Positions 15,691 through 23,392 of a DNA stretch of 64,000 nt are shown one piece after another. Position numbers and translations under genes: made by a program. The DNA is taken from the NCBI GenBank assembly GCA_035480055.1, contig DATIIB010000009.1, positions 213,068 through 277,067 of the forward strand, in the 5' to 3' direction. Origin of the DNA: Candidatus Saccharimonadales bacterium (GTDB taxonomy: Bacteria; Patescibacteriota; Saccharimonadia; Saccharimonadales; DASZAF01). Within the stretch, counting starts at the first letter, position 1; every line of letters starts with the position of its first letter. Below the pieces are notes generated by a model that saw only the letters and a program-made list of their open reading frames with translations, was not told where the DNA came from and ran no database searches.

Positions 15691-15725
15691 TATAATGTAT
15701 GCTGATCAATTAATTATGGTATAAG

Positions 15726-18700
15726 ATGACATTTGAACTCAACGGCTTTAGAGATACTGCTCAAGTTAACAGTGAACTAGAGACGCCATTTACTAGATAC
15801 GAAGACCCAGACAACGCTGAGGATAATGACGAAGCCACAGTTCAGGCAGAGCTAGCCGAGTCAATCGCAACTGACGGACGACCAGTCTCGACTGTCCTTG
15901 AAGATCCAGAAGGAGTCCCATCTCTCTGGATGCCCGCAGTTGGGCAGTCCGTAGTCAGTGAGACTGTTACTTTTGCTGCTGAGAGTGAGAGAGAATTGCC
16001 GAAAGAGATCATAAAGGTTAGTGATAGCGTGACGCCTCCGAAGGCAGGCGAAGAGTCTTCATCGTCGTCAAGCCCCGCCGCAGATTCTGCCGCAACACCT
16101 GAAGCAGGCGCCGGAAGTGGCGGTGCAGGGAGACCGCCTCTTCCTCCAGACGGTGGTAACGGCTCATCGGACGAGAGCGGCGAAGAACCAGAGGGATCGG
16201 ATAAAACACCCGAAACCGCCAAAGCTCCAACCATGAACGCAATCGAAATTGCTGGCGCCTTACAGGGGGTTATTGCGGATATTGCAAACCGAGACTTTGA
16301 TCTCGACATGGTCCAAGAAGAAACCGTCAAAGCTATTGGCGAAAAGATTATTGCAGGAGAAACCGAAGGCCATATAGATTCTGCGACAAGCTCGGGAAAA
16401 ACCTTGCAGATTGCCCTACTTGCCGAGGCCGCCGTCAAGGCGGGTAAGCGAGTACACATCATGGCGCCAAGTAAACCAATTGCTGATCAAATAATTGGCG
16501 CTGACGGCAAAACAGGTATTGGGCGATTCACCAAACTTCTTGAAGAAGTGGTGGTAACTCAAAACTACGACGGTCGGCACGGTGATGCTCAATCTCCCGT
16601 GGTTGTGAGTACATACGCAGGATTCCTCAATGAAGCCAAAGCCATAAAAGAGAATGGTGGCAGACTAGGCGAGTTCGGCGTTATTCTTGGTGATGAATGC
16701 CACAGAAGCCTAGGCGACATTACCTCAAAAGCCTTGTATAGCTACATGCCCGAAGCGGTAAAGGTTGGTTTTTCAGCAACACCTGATTACGCCGAAGATC
16801 GGAAATCAGAAGAAATCTGGGGCGAGCGCTGGTTTGAATTCTCACTGCGGAGCTCCATTGAGGTAGGTAAGACAGCACCGACGAGATCATTGTTAATTAG
16901 TACAGATGCTACGCTTAGCTTAGACGATCCTCGAAGCGAATTTACCGAAAGAGAGCTCGCACCGCTTATTGATAACTTTGAACGTAACGGTATTGCACTG
17001 CGAATGTCACAAGATTTCGTGAATGCAGGACGTCAAGGTATTATCGCTTGCGTTCCTGGACGTGGCAACGCTCATGCAACCATAATGGCCGAGCTCCTTT
17101 CGCAAATGGAAACAGGTGATCGCACCATAGTCGCCAAAGATATCGGAAGTCACCTACACCCCGATGAGCAGCGACGACGCCTTGAAGACTACCGGGAAGG
17201 AAAAATCGACATCCTCACTTTTACTCGTGCCATCGAGGAGGGGTGGGACAGTGAACAGGCCAGTTTTTGTCTTAACCTTGCGCCCACAACTTCTGAAGTA
17301 CGAACAAAGCAGCTTATGGGCAGAATAGGCCGTGTGAAAGCAAGTGGCCTGGAAAGTATTTATGTTGACTTCCTTGATGACAAAATAGGCGTCAATAAAC
17401 AACAGTACACCGCGGCACATGCGCTTGAGCTTGATGATATCGATCTGGATCGTGTCCTTGGATGGGGAAATGCCTCAGAGAAAACAAGCCCACCCGATTT
17501 GCGTCCTATCCTTAGACCTGAGATTTACGAACGCTTATTGAGAGTGCAGGGCAAGACTCTCCTTGACGCGCTCGTCAGCAAGTCAGGGTCGCCTATCGAC
17601 CCACTAGTTGCTCAATGGGAGGGTACGCTTAAACGAGAAGGGCTGCCTGAAGAATTACCCGAGAATCCCGTCTTTCCGACAATACTTGCCAAAAAGTACG
17701 AGCAAGCTGCAGAGATGCTCCGCCGCCAAAACGGCGTCGAACCAACTAGCGATGAAATTGCTGATTTCCTCGTTGAAAGGCGCATCCCTAAAAACCAAGA
17801 ACAGGCTGTACGAGAATTCGGAACACGCATCGACTGGCCTGACACCCTCGCCAAAATACCCGATGATATGCACGAATCTGTAGAGGATATTGTGATGCGC
17901 TTAGCACTCTCAGACGCTTTAGATAAGGCTATGTCTGATTTAGATGAACGCGAAGTCAAAGTAGTTCGGGCACGATTTGGCCTCGGCCTTGCTGATGAAA
18001 CTGACCCCGAAAAGAGAGACGAGGAAAGGGACGAGCTCATCAAATTAAGTCGTCAGAGTCCTCTTACTCTAGACCAAATAGGAATAGTGCTGGGCGTCCG
18101 TAGAGAGCGCGTCCGCCAAATTGAGAGTAAGGCAATGGCCAAGCTGCGCCACATCAGTCGTTCTGGGCTAATGACTGATTTTGTTCAAGAATACTCCAGT
18201 GAAAATAGACAAGCTCTTCCGCCCTGGGCAACAACCACTCGAAAGTCCGAGTCTGCGCAATCTCCTTCGCTCTTCCCAAGCCTACCCGGCGCTGGAGTGC
18301 CCGTACGTGACCCTCGCGATCATCGACCATACCTCACACGCGTGCAGGAGACTGCCAGGGCTGCTGCAGATGGTTGGCTTAAAGCCAAAAAGGCGAAGCT
18401 TTCTCAATTCAGAAAGGAAGTGCTCGAATCATCCGAAGACTACCTTAAAACCCTTGCAGCGCATGCCTCTCCTTCGGGCTATTTTCTTAACGGTCAATAT
18501 TATAGCCGAGAGGCTGTTGCGAATCCCGGATATATGAAAAGGGCGGCTAAGATATACGACTTTAACGAACTCCGCGCTTTTCGGTTAAGGGCCTACAATG
18601 TGCCGATCGACGAAGAGCTGCAACCGCTCCTTGCTCTTCGTGAACGAATAATGAGTCGGGGTATCGATTCCCAACATCGTGAATCCCGCGAGGCAACCTT

Positions 18701-18815
18701 AACTGTGGTAAATGAAAGAATTCGCGCCCTCCAAGCATATCGTCACGAGATAAATAAGCAGATCAAAGAATACGTCGACGCATCAAGAACAAGGCCGCAA
18801 CGCTTCAGACTCTGA
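15726..18815 (+). CDS. 1029-aa multidomain protein: acidic disordered N-terminus, SF2 DExH helicase core, sigma-70 region 3/4-like module, unknown C-terminal domain
   Basis: Walker A DSATSSGKT (from nt 16377), GDECHRS, FSATP and QLMGRIGR (helicase motifs I, II, III, VI). aa 638-812 carry EPTSDEIADFL and REVKVVRARFGLG...LTLDQIGIVLGVRRERVRQIESKAMAKLRH (sigma r3/r4-like). No region-2 signature was seen. Confidence 0.8.
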   Translation: MTFELNGFRDTAQVNSELETPFTRYEDPDNAEDNDEATVQAELAESIATDGRPVSTVLEDPEGVPSLWMPAVGQSVVSETVTFAAESERELPKEIIKVSDSVTPPKAGEESSSSSSPAADSAATPEAGAGSGGAGRPPLPPDGGNGSSDESGEEPEGSDKTPETAKAPTMNAIEIAGALQGVIADIANRDFDLDMVQEETVKAIGEKIIAGETEGHIDSATSSGKTLQIALLAEAAVKAGKRVHIMAPSKPIADQIIGADGKTGIGRFTKLLEEVVVTQNYDGRHGDAQSPVVVSTYAGFLNEAKAIKENGGRLGEFGVILGDECHRSLGDITSKALYSYMPEAVKVGFSATPDYAEDRKSEEIWGERWFEFSLRSSIEVGKTAPTRSLLISTDATLSLDDPRSEFTERELAPLIDNFERNGIALRMSQDFVNAGRQGIIACVPGRGNAHATIMAELLSQMETGDRTIVAKDIGSHLHPDEQRRRLEDYREGKIDILTFTRAIEEGWDSEQASFCLNLAPTTSEVRTKQLMGRIGRVKASGLESIYVDFLDDKIGVNKQQYTAAHALELDDIDLDRVLGWGNASEKTSPPDLRPILRPEIYERLLRVQGKTLLDALVSKSGSPIDPLVAQWEGTLKREGLPEELPENPVFPTILAKKYEQAAEMLRRQNGVEPTSDEIADFLVERRIPKNQEQAVREFGTRIDWPDTLAKIPDDMHESVEDIVMRLALSDALDKAMSDLDEREVKVVRARFGLGLADETDPEKRDEERDELIKLSRQSPLTLDQIGIVLGVRRERVRQIESKAMAKLRHISRSGLMTDFVQEYSSENRQALPPWATTTRKSESAQSPSLFPSLPGAGVPVRDPRDHRPYLTRVQETARAAADGWLKAKKAKLSQFRKEVLESSEDYLKTLAAHASPSGYFLNGQYYSREAVANPGYMKRAAKIYDFNELRAFRLRAYNVPIDEELQPLLALRERIMSRGIDSQHRESREATLTVVNERIRALQAYRHEINKQIKEYVDASRTRPQRFRL

Positions 18816-18874
18816 TAATAGCTCATGCGCGCATAATCTATCTGGTATACTAAACATTTAACCAATGTAGAACT

Positions 18875-20578
18875 ATGCTGAGCTCCTATTTTGAAGCTGC
18901 TTCCGAAACGAACGAACGCCTTCCTCACCTTAACCATGCGTTGGACGGAGCGGCCACGGACACTGCGGAAAGTGACGATGAAGTGACTTCACAAGCAGCA
19001 GTTGCAGCAGCCATCTCTGAAAATCAATTATCTCCGGAAAGTATCCTCGTCGATGAAGCGGGAGGTAGTACAAATGGACCTGAGTTACCATCACCCAGGA
19101 CCAACAGAACCATTGAGTCAATCGATCCTGGTGCAACCACTCCGGGTCCAATTGCGGTAAGCACACGGGTGACGATTAACGTCCGAAGTGAGCCTCAACA
19201 ATCTGCGGCAGACTCCAGAGTTGCCCCGGCCGATCCGGTCGAGAATCAAGCACCTTCGCCCGATGCAAGCGGCGATAGCGGCGCAGGGGAGCCTCCGTTT
19301 CCCCCGGACGGCTACGCGGAGATGGAAGAAGGTGATAACCAGCCGGAAGATGGCGAACACGATTTCGTCAATACGCTGATACCGACCCAGAAGGGACTCG
19401 AAGCGGCAGGCATAGCGGACTTTGAGAAAAAACTCTCGCAAGAAGGCATGCCAGAGGAGCTACCGGACAATCCGGTGTTTACTCTTGATATTGCCGCAAG
19501 ATATGAACAGGCTGCAGATGCACTACGCCAAGAAAATCAAACCGAGCCCACCAGTGATGAAGTTGCCGAGTATCTTGCTTCGCGGCAAGTGCGCGAAGAC
19601 ATAGTTGCGGCAGCGCGTGAACATGGTACGCGTGTGGAAGTGCCAGAAACGCTTGCTGAGCCTCAATCGCTTGAAGAGCAGGTAATTGACGGGTACATAA
19701 GCGAAGAGCTATACAATATGCTTGATAAACTGCATGAATCATCACCACGCGAAGCGATGGTGATCAAAGCACGTTTCGGCCTTGACTACGATCGTCCAGT
19801 TGCCCCACCAGGCGACGAAGGCCTCGAGGAAGTGATAGCTAAGAGCTACGGCAATTCCCTTAGCTATCACCAAATTGGCAGGATGGTGGGAGTGAGCGGC
19901 CCGACCGCTCGTCAGATGGAGTCTAACGCGCTAAAAATGTTACGTGAAGCAGGATTCTCAGGACGACTTGGCGACTACGTCATCGACACTGAGGACACGA
20001 CACGGTGGGATCCGCCAGAGACGATTTACCACACGCCCAATCTCACTTCTCCCATTGCCCATTTGCCCGGCGGAGATGTGCCTCTGTCCGATGCAGCTAC
20101 TCAAAAGCCCTATCAACTCCGCGTGGCAGAGGTTGCCAAACGTGCCGCACAAACGTGGTCTAAGGAAAACATAGATTCACTCGCCCGTTTTCACGATGCG
20201 CCCCGAGTTTCAGAAGGGCTTAGAGCAGTTGCAGCAACAACAAAGCCAGTAGGGTATTATCATGATGGCTACTACTACAACGCTGATGAGCTCCCAGCTA
20301 ACGCTCCCGATGCTCAAGCGGTGTACGATCTCGATCAACTACGCGTTACGGAACTCACGGCTATAAAAACCAACATTGCTCGAGAACTTGAGCCCTTGCA
20401 GATGCTCCGACACCGAGTGGAGCTAAAGCCGGCACGCCCTGAATCACGACAGGCCGCCCTCATTATCCTCGATCATAGGATTTCAGCACTTGAGAAATAC
20501 CAAGTCTGGCTAGATGCCTATCTCGGCATACATACTGACAAGATCCAAAAAGGCAGATCAACCCGAAGCGTGCTTTAG
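18875..20578 (+). CDS. 567-aa helicase-less paralogue: acidic N-terminus, sigma-70 region 3/4-like module, same unknown C-terminal domain
   Basis: Shares with the upstream gene GAGEPPFPPDG (vs GAGRPPLPPDG), EGMPEELPDNPVF (vs EGLPEELPENPVF), EPTSDEVAEYL, ARFGL, an HTH-like LSYHQIGRMVGVSGPTARQMESNALKMLRE, and the C-terminal domain (KPYQLRV, GYYHDGYYY, YDLDQLR). Confidence 0.75.
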   Translation: MLSSYFEAASETNERLPHLNHALDGAATDTAESDDEVTSQAAVAAAISENQLSPESILVDEAGGSTNGPELPSPRTNRTIESIDPGATTPGPIAVSTRVTINVRSEPQQSAADSRVAPADPVENQAPSPDASGDSGAGEPPFPPDGYAEMEEGDNQPEDGEHDFVNTLIPTQKGLEAAGIADFEKKLSQEGMPEELPDNPVFTLDIAARYEQAADALRQENQTEPTSDEVAEYLASRQVREDIVAAAREHGTRVEVPETLAEPQSLEEQVIDGYISEELYNMLDKLHESSPREAMVIKARFGLDYDRPVAPPGDEGLEEVIAKSYGNSLSYHQIGRMVGVSGPTARQMESNALKMLREAGFSGRLGDYVIDTEDTTRWDPPETIYHTPNLTSPIAHLPGGDVPLSDAATQKPYQLRVAEVAKRAAQTWSKENIDSLARFHDAPRVSEGLRAVAATTKPVGYYHDGYYYNADELPANAPDAQAVYDLDQLRVTELTAIKTNIARELEPLQMLRHRVELKPARPESRQAALIILDHRISALEKYQVWLDAYLGIHTDKIQKGRSTRSVL

Positions 20579-20712
20579 TTGTTGACAATCACACACCGTT
20601 CCCGCTAAATAGAGTCATGGTACGTATAAGTGCGCTTCTTACTATTATTCTCATCCCGCTTTCCCGCGGTGACGGTTTGATAGTCTAAAAAAAGAAGACG
20701 CAGATAATAATC

Positions 20713-20742
20713 AAAACCCGAGCCGCGAGCTCGGGTTTTTTG
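20713..20742. terminator. bidirectional-looking intrinsic terminator
   Basis: AAAACCCGAGC (20713-20723) pairs with GCTCGGGTTTT (20729-20739). It is flanked by an A-run upstream and TTTTTT downstream. Confidence 0.75.
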
Positions 20743-20759
20743 TTGCGAAGGAGTAGTAT

Positions 20760-22508
20760 ATGACGATGGCCCCTGAAAGAGCACCAACAGTCGACTTTGA
20801 CCAGGGAGTTTTGCTGGCTGCGACGTCTCATAAAGATCAAGCCGAAGGGCGCTTAATACAAGCTGGCAACCTCTGCGATGTAGCAGGCAATCCGGTTGAC
20901 CTCACCCGCGAAGGTGGATTGTTTCTGCGAACCATCGGTGGCAAAGCGACCTACGTGACCGTTCGCGCCAGCATGTGGCGGAATGGTGACGAAAAGGGCG
21001 ACCCGCGAGTGCACACTACCGATCTGATGATCGTCCATGGCCTTAACAATGCCCATAGCGAACTGTCGCATCCCACGCGAATCGCGACAGAAGTGGAAGG
21101 GTTCGCCGTTACTGACGATCCAGACAAGCTGAGCGAACCGGTGTCGGTTGCCGAACCTGACGACGAGCATCCTGAACTGTTTGACGATTGTGCCGAGGAA
21201 GCAACGCCGCCGACCAATAATTTGTTTGAGGCGGCCATGCATGTCTACGACGCATACAAGCGTTTATGGGCGCGCACCAAAGCAAAAGGTGCATTGTTGT
21301 ATCCCGGCTCCAATCTGGCGCATCGAGCCCGGACCGTGGCTGATATCAATCCGCACCCGTACGTCCAGAAGATTGTTAATATCTTAGGGCGTCGAACGTT
21401 GCGCCAGCGAGCGCAGGAGAATATGAGTCCCGCCGAAGCCTTTATTTGGCTCGATGGTGCCTCAGCCCAAACGCATGTGGAGCGCGAACTCGACCACGCT
21501 GCTGGAGCTTTTGCGCTTAATACTCATTCCGTGAGTTTGTCGCCGCTGACCATGGGATTGACCGCAGCGTCGCCCTTTTCGCACGGTGAGTACTCACCCG
21601 ATTTTGACGAACCTTACCGGCACATCCACAGCAAGGTTGGCTACCTGGCCACGCGTTTCTTCGGTCGCCGAATCGGCACACCAGAGGCCGGTGCGCTGCG
21701 TAAGCTCATCTCTGAAGATCCACGTGAGCTCGCACTGGAAATCAATGACCGCATGCAGCACGGTGCGATCAACAACCCCGGCCGCGTGGGCAACCAACAT
21801 GGCGATGTCCGTTGGCGCGGCGACTTAAGCCCGCACGGCACCGCCGAGCTCTGTGCCAAAGACACCGCCGGCGGGCATATTGAATCGCTGATGGCGACCG
21901 CGGCATTCGAGCGATCTTTTATGCACGTGTTGGAGCAGGCGCACAAGACCGGCCGCATTGCCGATCTGGCCGCCCGCTTTCCCCGCGTGGTGGTCGCCAA
22001 TTTGCACGAAAGGGGAGAGGAGCTGTTAGCCCAAGCAAACATCAACAGCGAATTGATCGCACAACAGGGCTTAGATGCGATAATCCTGAGCCCGAATGGC
22101 CATCAATCAATCGCTCGCGAAGCACTGTACGAGGCCATGCAGATGGTCCACCAAGAAACCCAGCGAGCAGAAAGCGGCCCCTACCGTTTACAAGAAGGAG
22201 TATACAAGTGGATTAAAATTCGCGCTGGTCAGCCCAAATACCGCGAAATCCAAGAGAGCTATCAAGCGCACGGCCAAAGCCAGCCGCTGGCCACAATAAT
22301 GCGCTTTTACCGCGGCGGGCATGGCACCTTAGCGCACTACAAGCGCATTCGTGTATCGCAGCTGATGCTGTGCGAAAACAAGACCACAGCGCAAGCGATT
22401 GCTCAAACCCAAGTGGAAGTCGCGCGCTGTCATGAACATTATTTGAAGCATCTTCAGCCCAAAACTGCCTTCGCGTTTTTGCGCAACGAATACGACCAAA
22501 CCAGCTAA
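20760..22508 (+). CDS. hypothetical protein, possibly a divergent carboxylate-amine ligase (glutamate-cysteine ligase family 2 / YbdK-like)
   Basis: 582 aa. Weak by-eye matches to GCS2 landmarks: TEVEGFAV (E-x-E), LNTHSVSL, GLTAASPFSHGE, DVRWRGDLSPHGTAELCAKDT. SD AAGGAG lies upstream. Confidence 0.4.
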   Translation: MTMAPERAPTVDFDQGVLLAATSHKDQAEGRLIQAGNLCDVAGNPVDLTREGGLFLRTIGGKATYVTVRASMWRNGDEKGDPRVHTTDLMIVHGLNNAHSELSHPTRIATEVEGFAVTDDPDKLSEPVSVAEPDDEHPELFDDCAEEATPPTNNLFEAAMHVYDAYKRLWARTKAKGALLYPGSNLAHRARTVADINPHPYVQKIVNILGRRTLRQRAQENMSPAEAFIWLDGASAQTHVERELDHAAGAFALNTHSVSLSPLTMGLTAASPFSHGEYSPDFDEPYRHIHSKVGYLATRFFGRRIGTPEAGALRKLISEDPRELALEINDRMQHGAINNPGRVGNQHGDVRWRGDLSPHGTAELCAKDTAGGHIESLMATAAFERSFMHVLEQAHKTGRIADLAARFPRVVVANLHERGEELLAQANINSELIAQQGLDAIILSPNGHQSIAREALYEAMQMVHQETQRAESGPYRLQEGVYKWIKIRAGQPKYREIQESYQAHGQSQPLATIMRFYRGGHGTLAHYKRIRVSQLMLCENKTTAQAIAQTQVEVARCHEHYLKHLQPKTAFAFLRNEYDQTS

Positions 22509-22580
22509 TTTGACTTGCCCGCACAAACCTGGTACACTGCGCGTGAACTACTAGAATAAAAGAAAAACTGGATTCCATAG

Positions 22581-23090
22581 ATGTCTGAGATGCCCGAAAA
22601 GTTGGTAAAAAGGTTAAAGCAATTAATTCAAGAGGCCGAAACCAACTTGGCTGCTGCCAAAGAATTATTGATTAGCGTTGTCGGCGAAGACGAGACCGCG
22701 ATGCACGCCAGCCATGACAATATGGCGGGCAAAATTATCGAAGGCGTTTTTGACGGCCAAAACATGGTGGGTCCAGACGGCAAAGTCTATCCTGTACCTG
22801 CCAACTATGCCAGCAAATCCAAACTGGTTGAAGGCGATATTCTCAAGCTGACCATCGCCGATGACGGCACCTTCTTATACAAACAAATCGGCCCCGTACC
22901 GCGCCGCCAGATCATTGGCACCTTGGTAAACCACGACGGCACATACTTCGTAGAAGTCAGCGGCCAAGAATACCGCGTCCTCCTGGCAAGCGTGACGTAC
23001 TTCAAAGCCAAGACCGGTGACCAAATCAGTATTATCATTCCCGAAGACAATCCCGAAGCCCAATGGGCCGCGATTGAAGCTTCGTTGTAA
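22581..23090 (+). CDS. hypothetical protein (169 aa): N-terminal helical segment plus beta-rich C-terminal domain
   Basis: Clean ORF followed by a terminator. No family recognised. Confidence 0.55.
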   Translation: MSEMPEKLVKRLKQLIQEAETNLAAAKELLISVVGEDETAMHASHDNMAGKIIEGVFDGQNMVGPDGKVYPVPANYASKSKLVEGDILKLTIADDGTFLYKQIGPVPRRQIIGTLVNHDGTYFVEVSGQEYRVLLASVTYFKAKTGDQISIIIPEDNPEAQWAAIEASL

Positions 23091-23109
23091 TAAGCTCCTT
23101 TATTTCGAA

Positions 23110-23137
23110 AAGGGCTCCGTGCAAGGAGTCCTTTTTA
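23110..23137 (+). terminator. rho-independent terminator
   Basis: AAGGGCTCC (23110-23118) pairs with GGAGTCCTT (23125-23133) with one G-U pair, followed by TTT. Confidence 0.7.
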
Positions 23138-23182
23138 ATTGCAGTAAATATAGCGACTTTTATCAAGAAGCGGCCTGGGAGA

Positions 23183-23312
23183 GCCAAGCTTTTACTCTCT
23201 CCAAAGAGACTGTGAAATCGGTTCCCAAACCGATTTCAGCCGAACGCCATATAAAATTTCCTGCTCGGAAGTTTTATATGAGAGTGTGCTCTAGGAGAGG
23301 GTAAAGCTTGGC
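23183..23312 (+). other. 130-nt three-way-junction structured element (candidate ncRNA, cis-regulatory leader or palindromic insertion) upstream of dnaX
   Basis: Outer helix 23184-23202 with 23294-23311 (18 bp, one bulge). Hairpin 23213-23238 (11 bp, CCCA loop). Hairpin 23248-23280 (14 bp). The G-U pairs are valid only on the + strand. Confidence 0.5.
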
Positions 23313-23392
23313 CCGAAACACGCAATATGCAATTGTGCTCCTAGTCTCGCCAGTGCCAGTGTATAATGAAGAAAATACCTGGAGGAGATACT

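Noticed and set aside
15842-16462. 206-aa minus-strand ORF inside the helicase gene N-terminus.
   Set aside because: This is a shadow of the Ser/Gly/Pro/Glu-rich sense region. There is no start context, and the sense frame carries the Walker A motif.
20605-20787. 60-aa minus-strand ORF across the 20713-20742 terminator.
   Set aside because: It runs through a strong hairpin and the SD/start of the 20760 gene. It shows no coding features.
23017-23304. 95-aa plus-strand ORF spanning 23017-23304.
   Set aside because: It starts inside the preceding gene, reads through that gene's terminator hairpin and through the three-way-junction element, and has no SD. The region is better explained as RNA structure.
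23183-23312. Interpreting the structured element upstream of dnaX as the SRP (4.5S/ffs) RNA.
   Set aside because: The position is suggestive. However, the conserved domain-IV features (a GGAA-type tetraloop closed by the symmetric/asymmetric loops with AGCA and GGAAG) are absent, and the three-way-junction shape does not fit a 4.5S hairpin. It is kept only as an unknown element.
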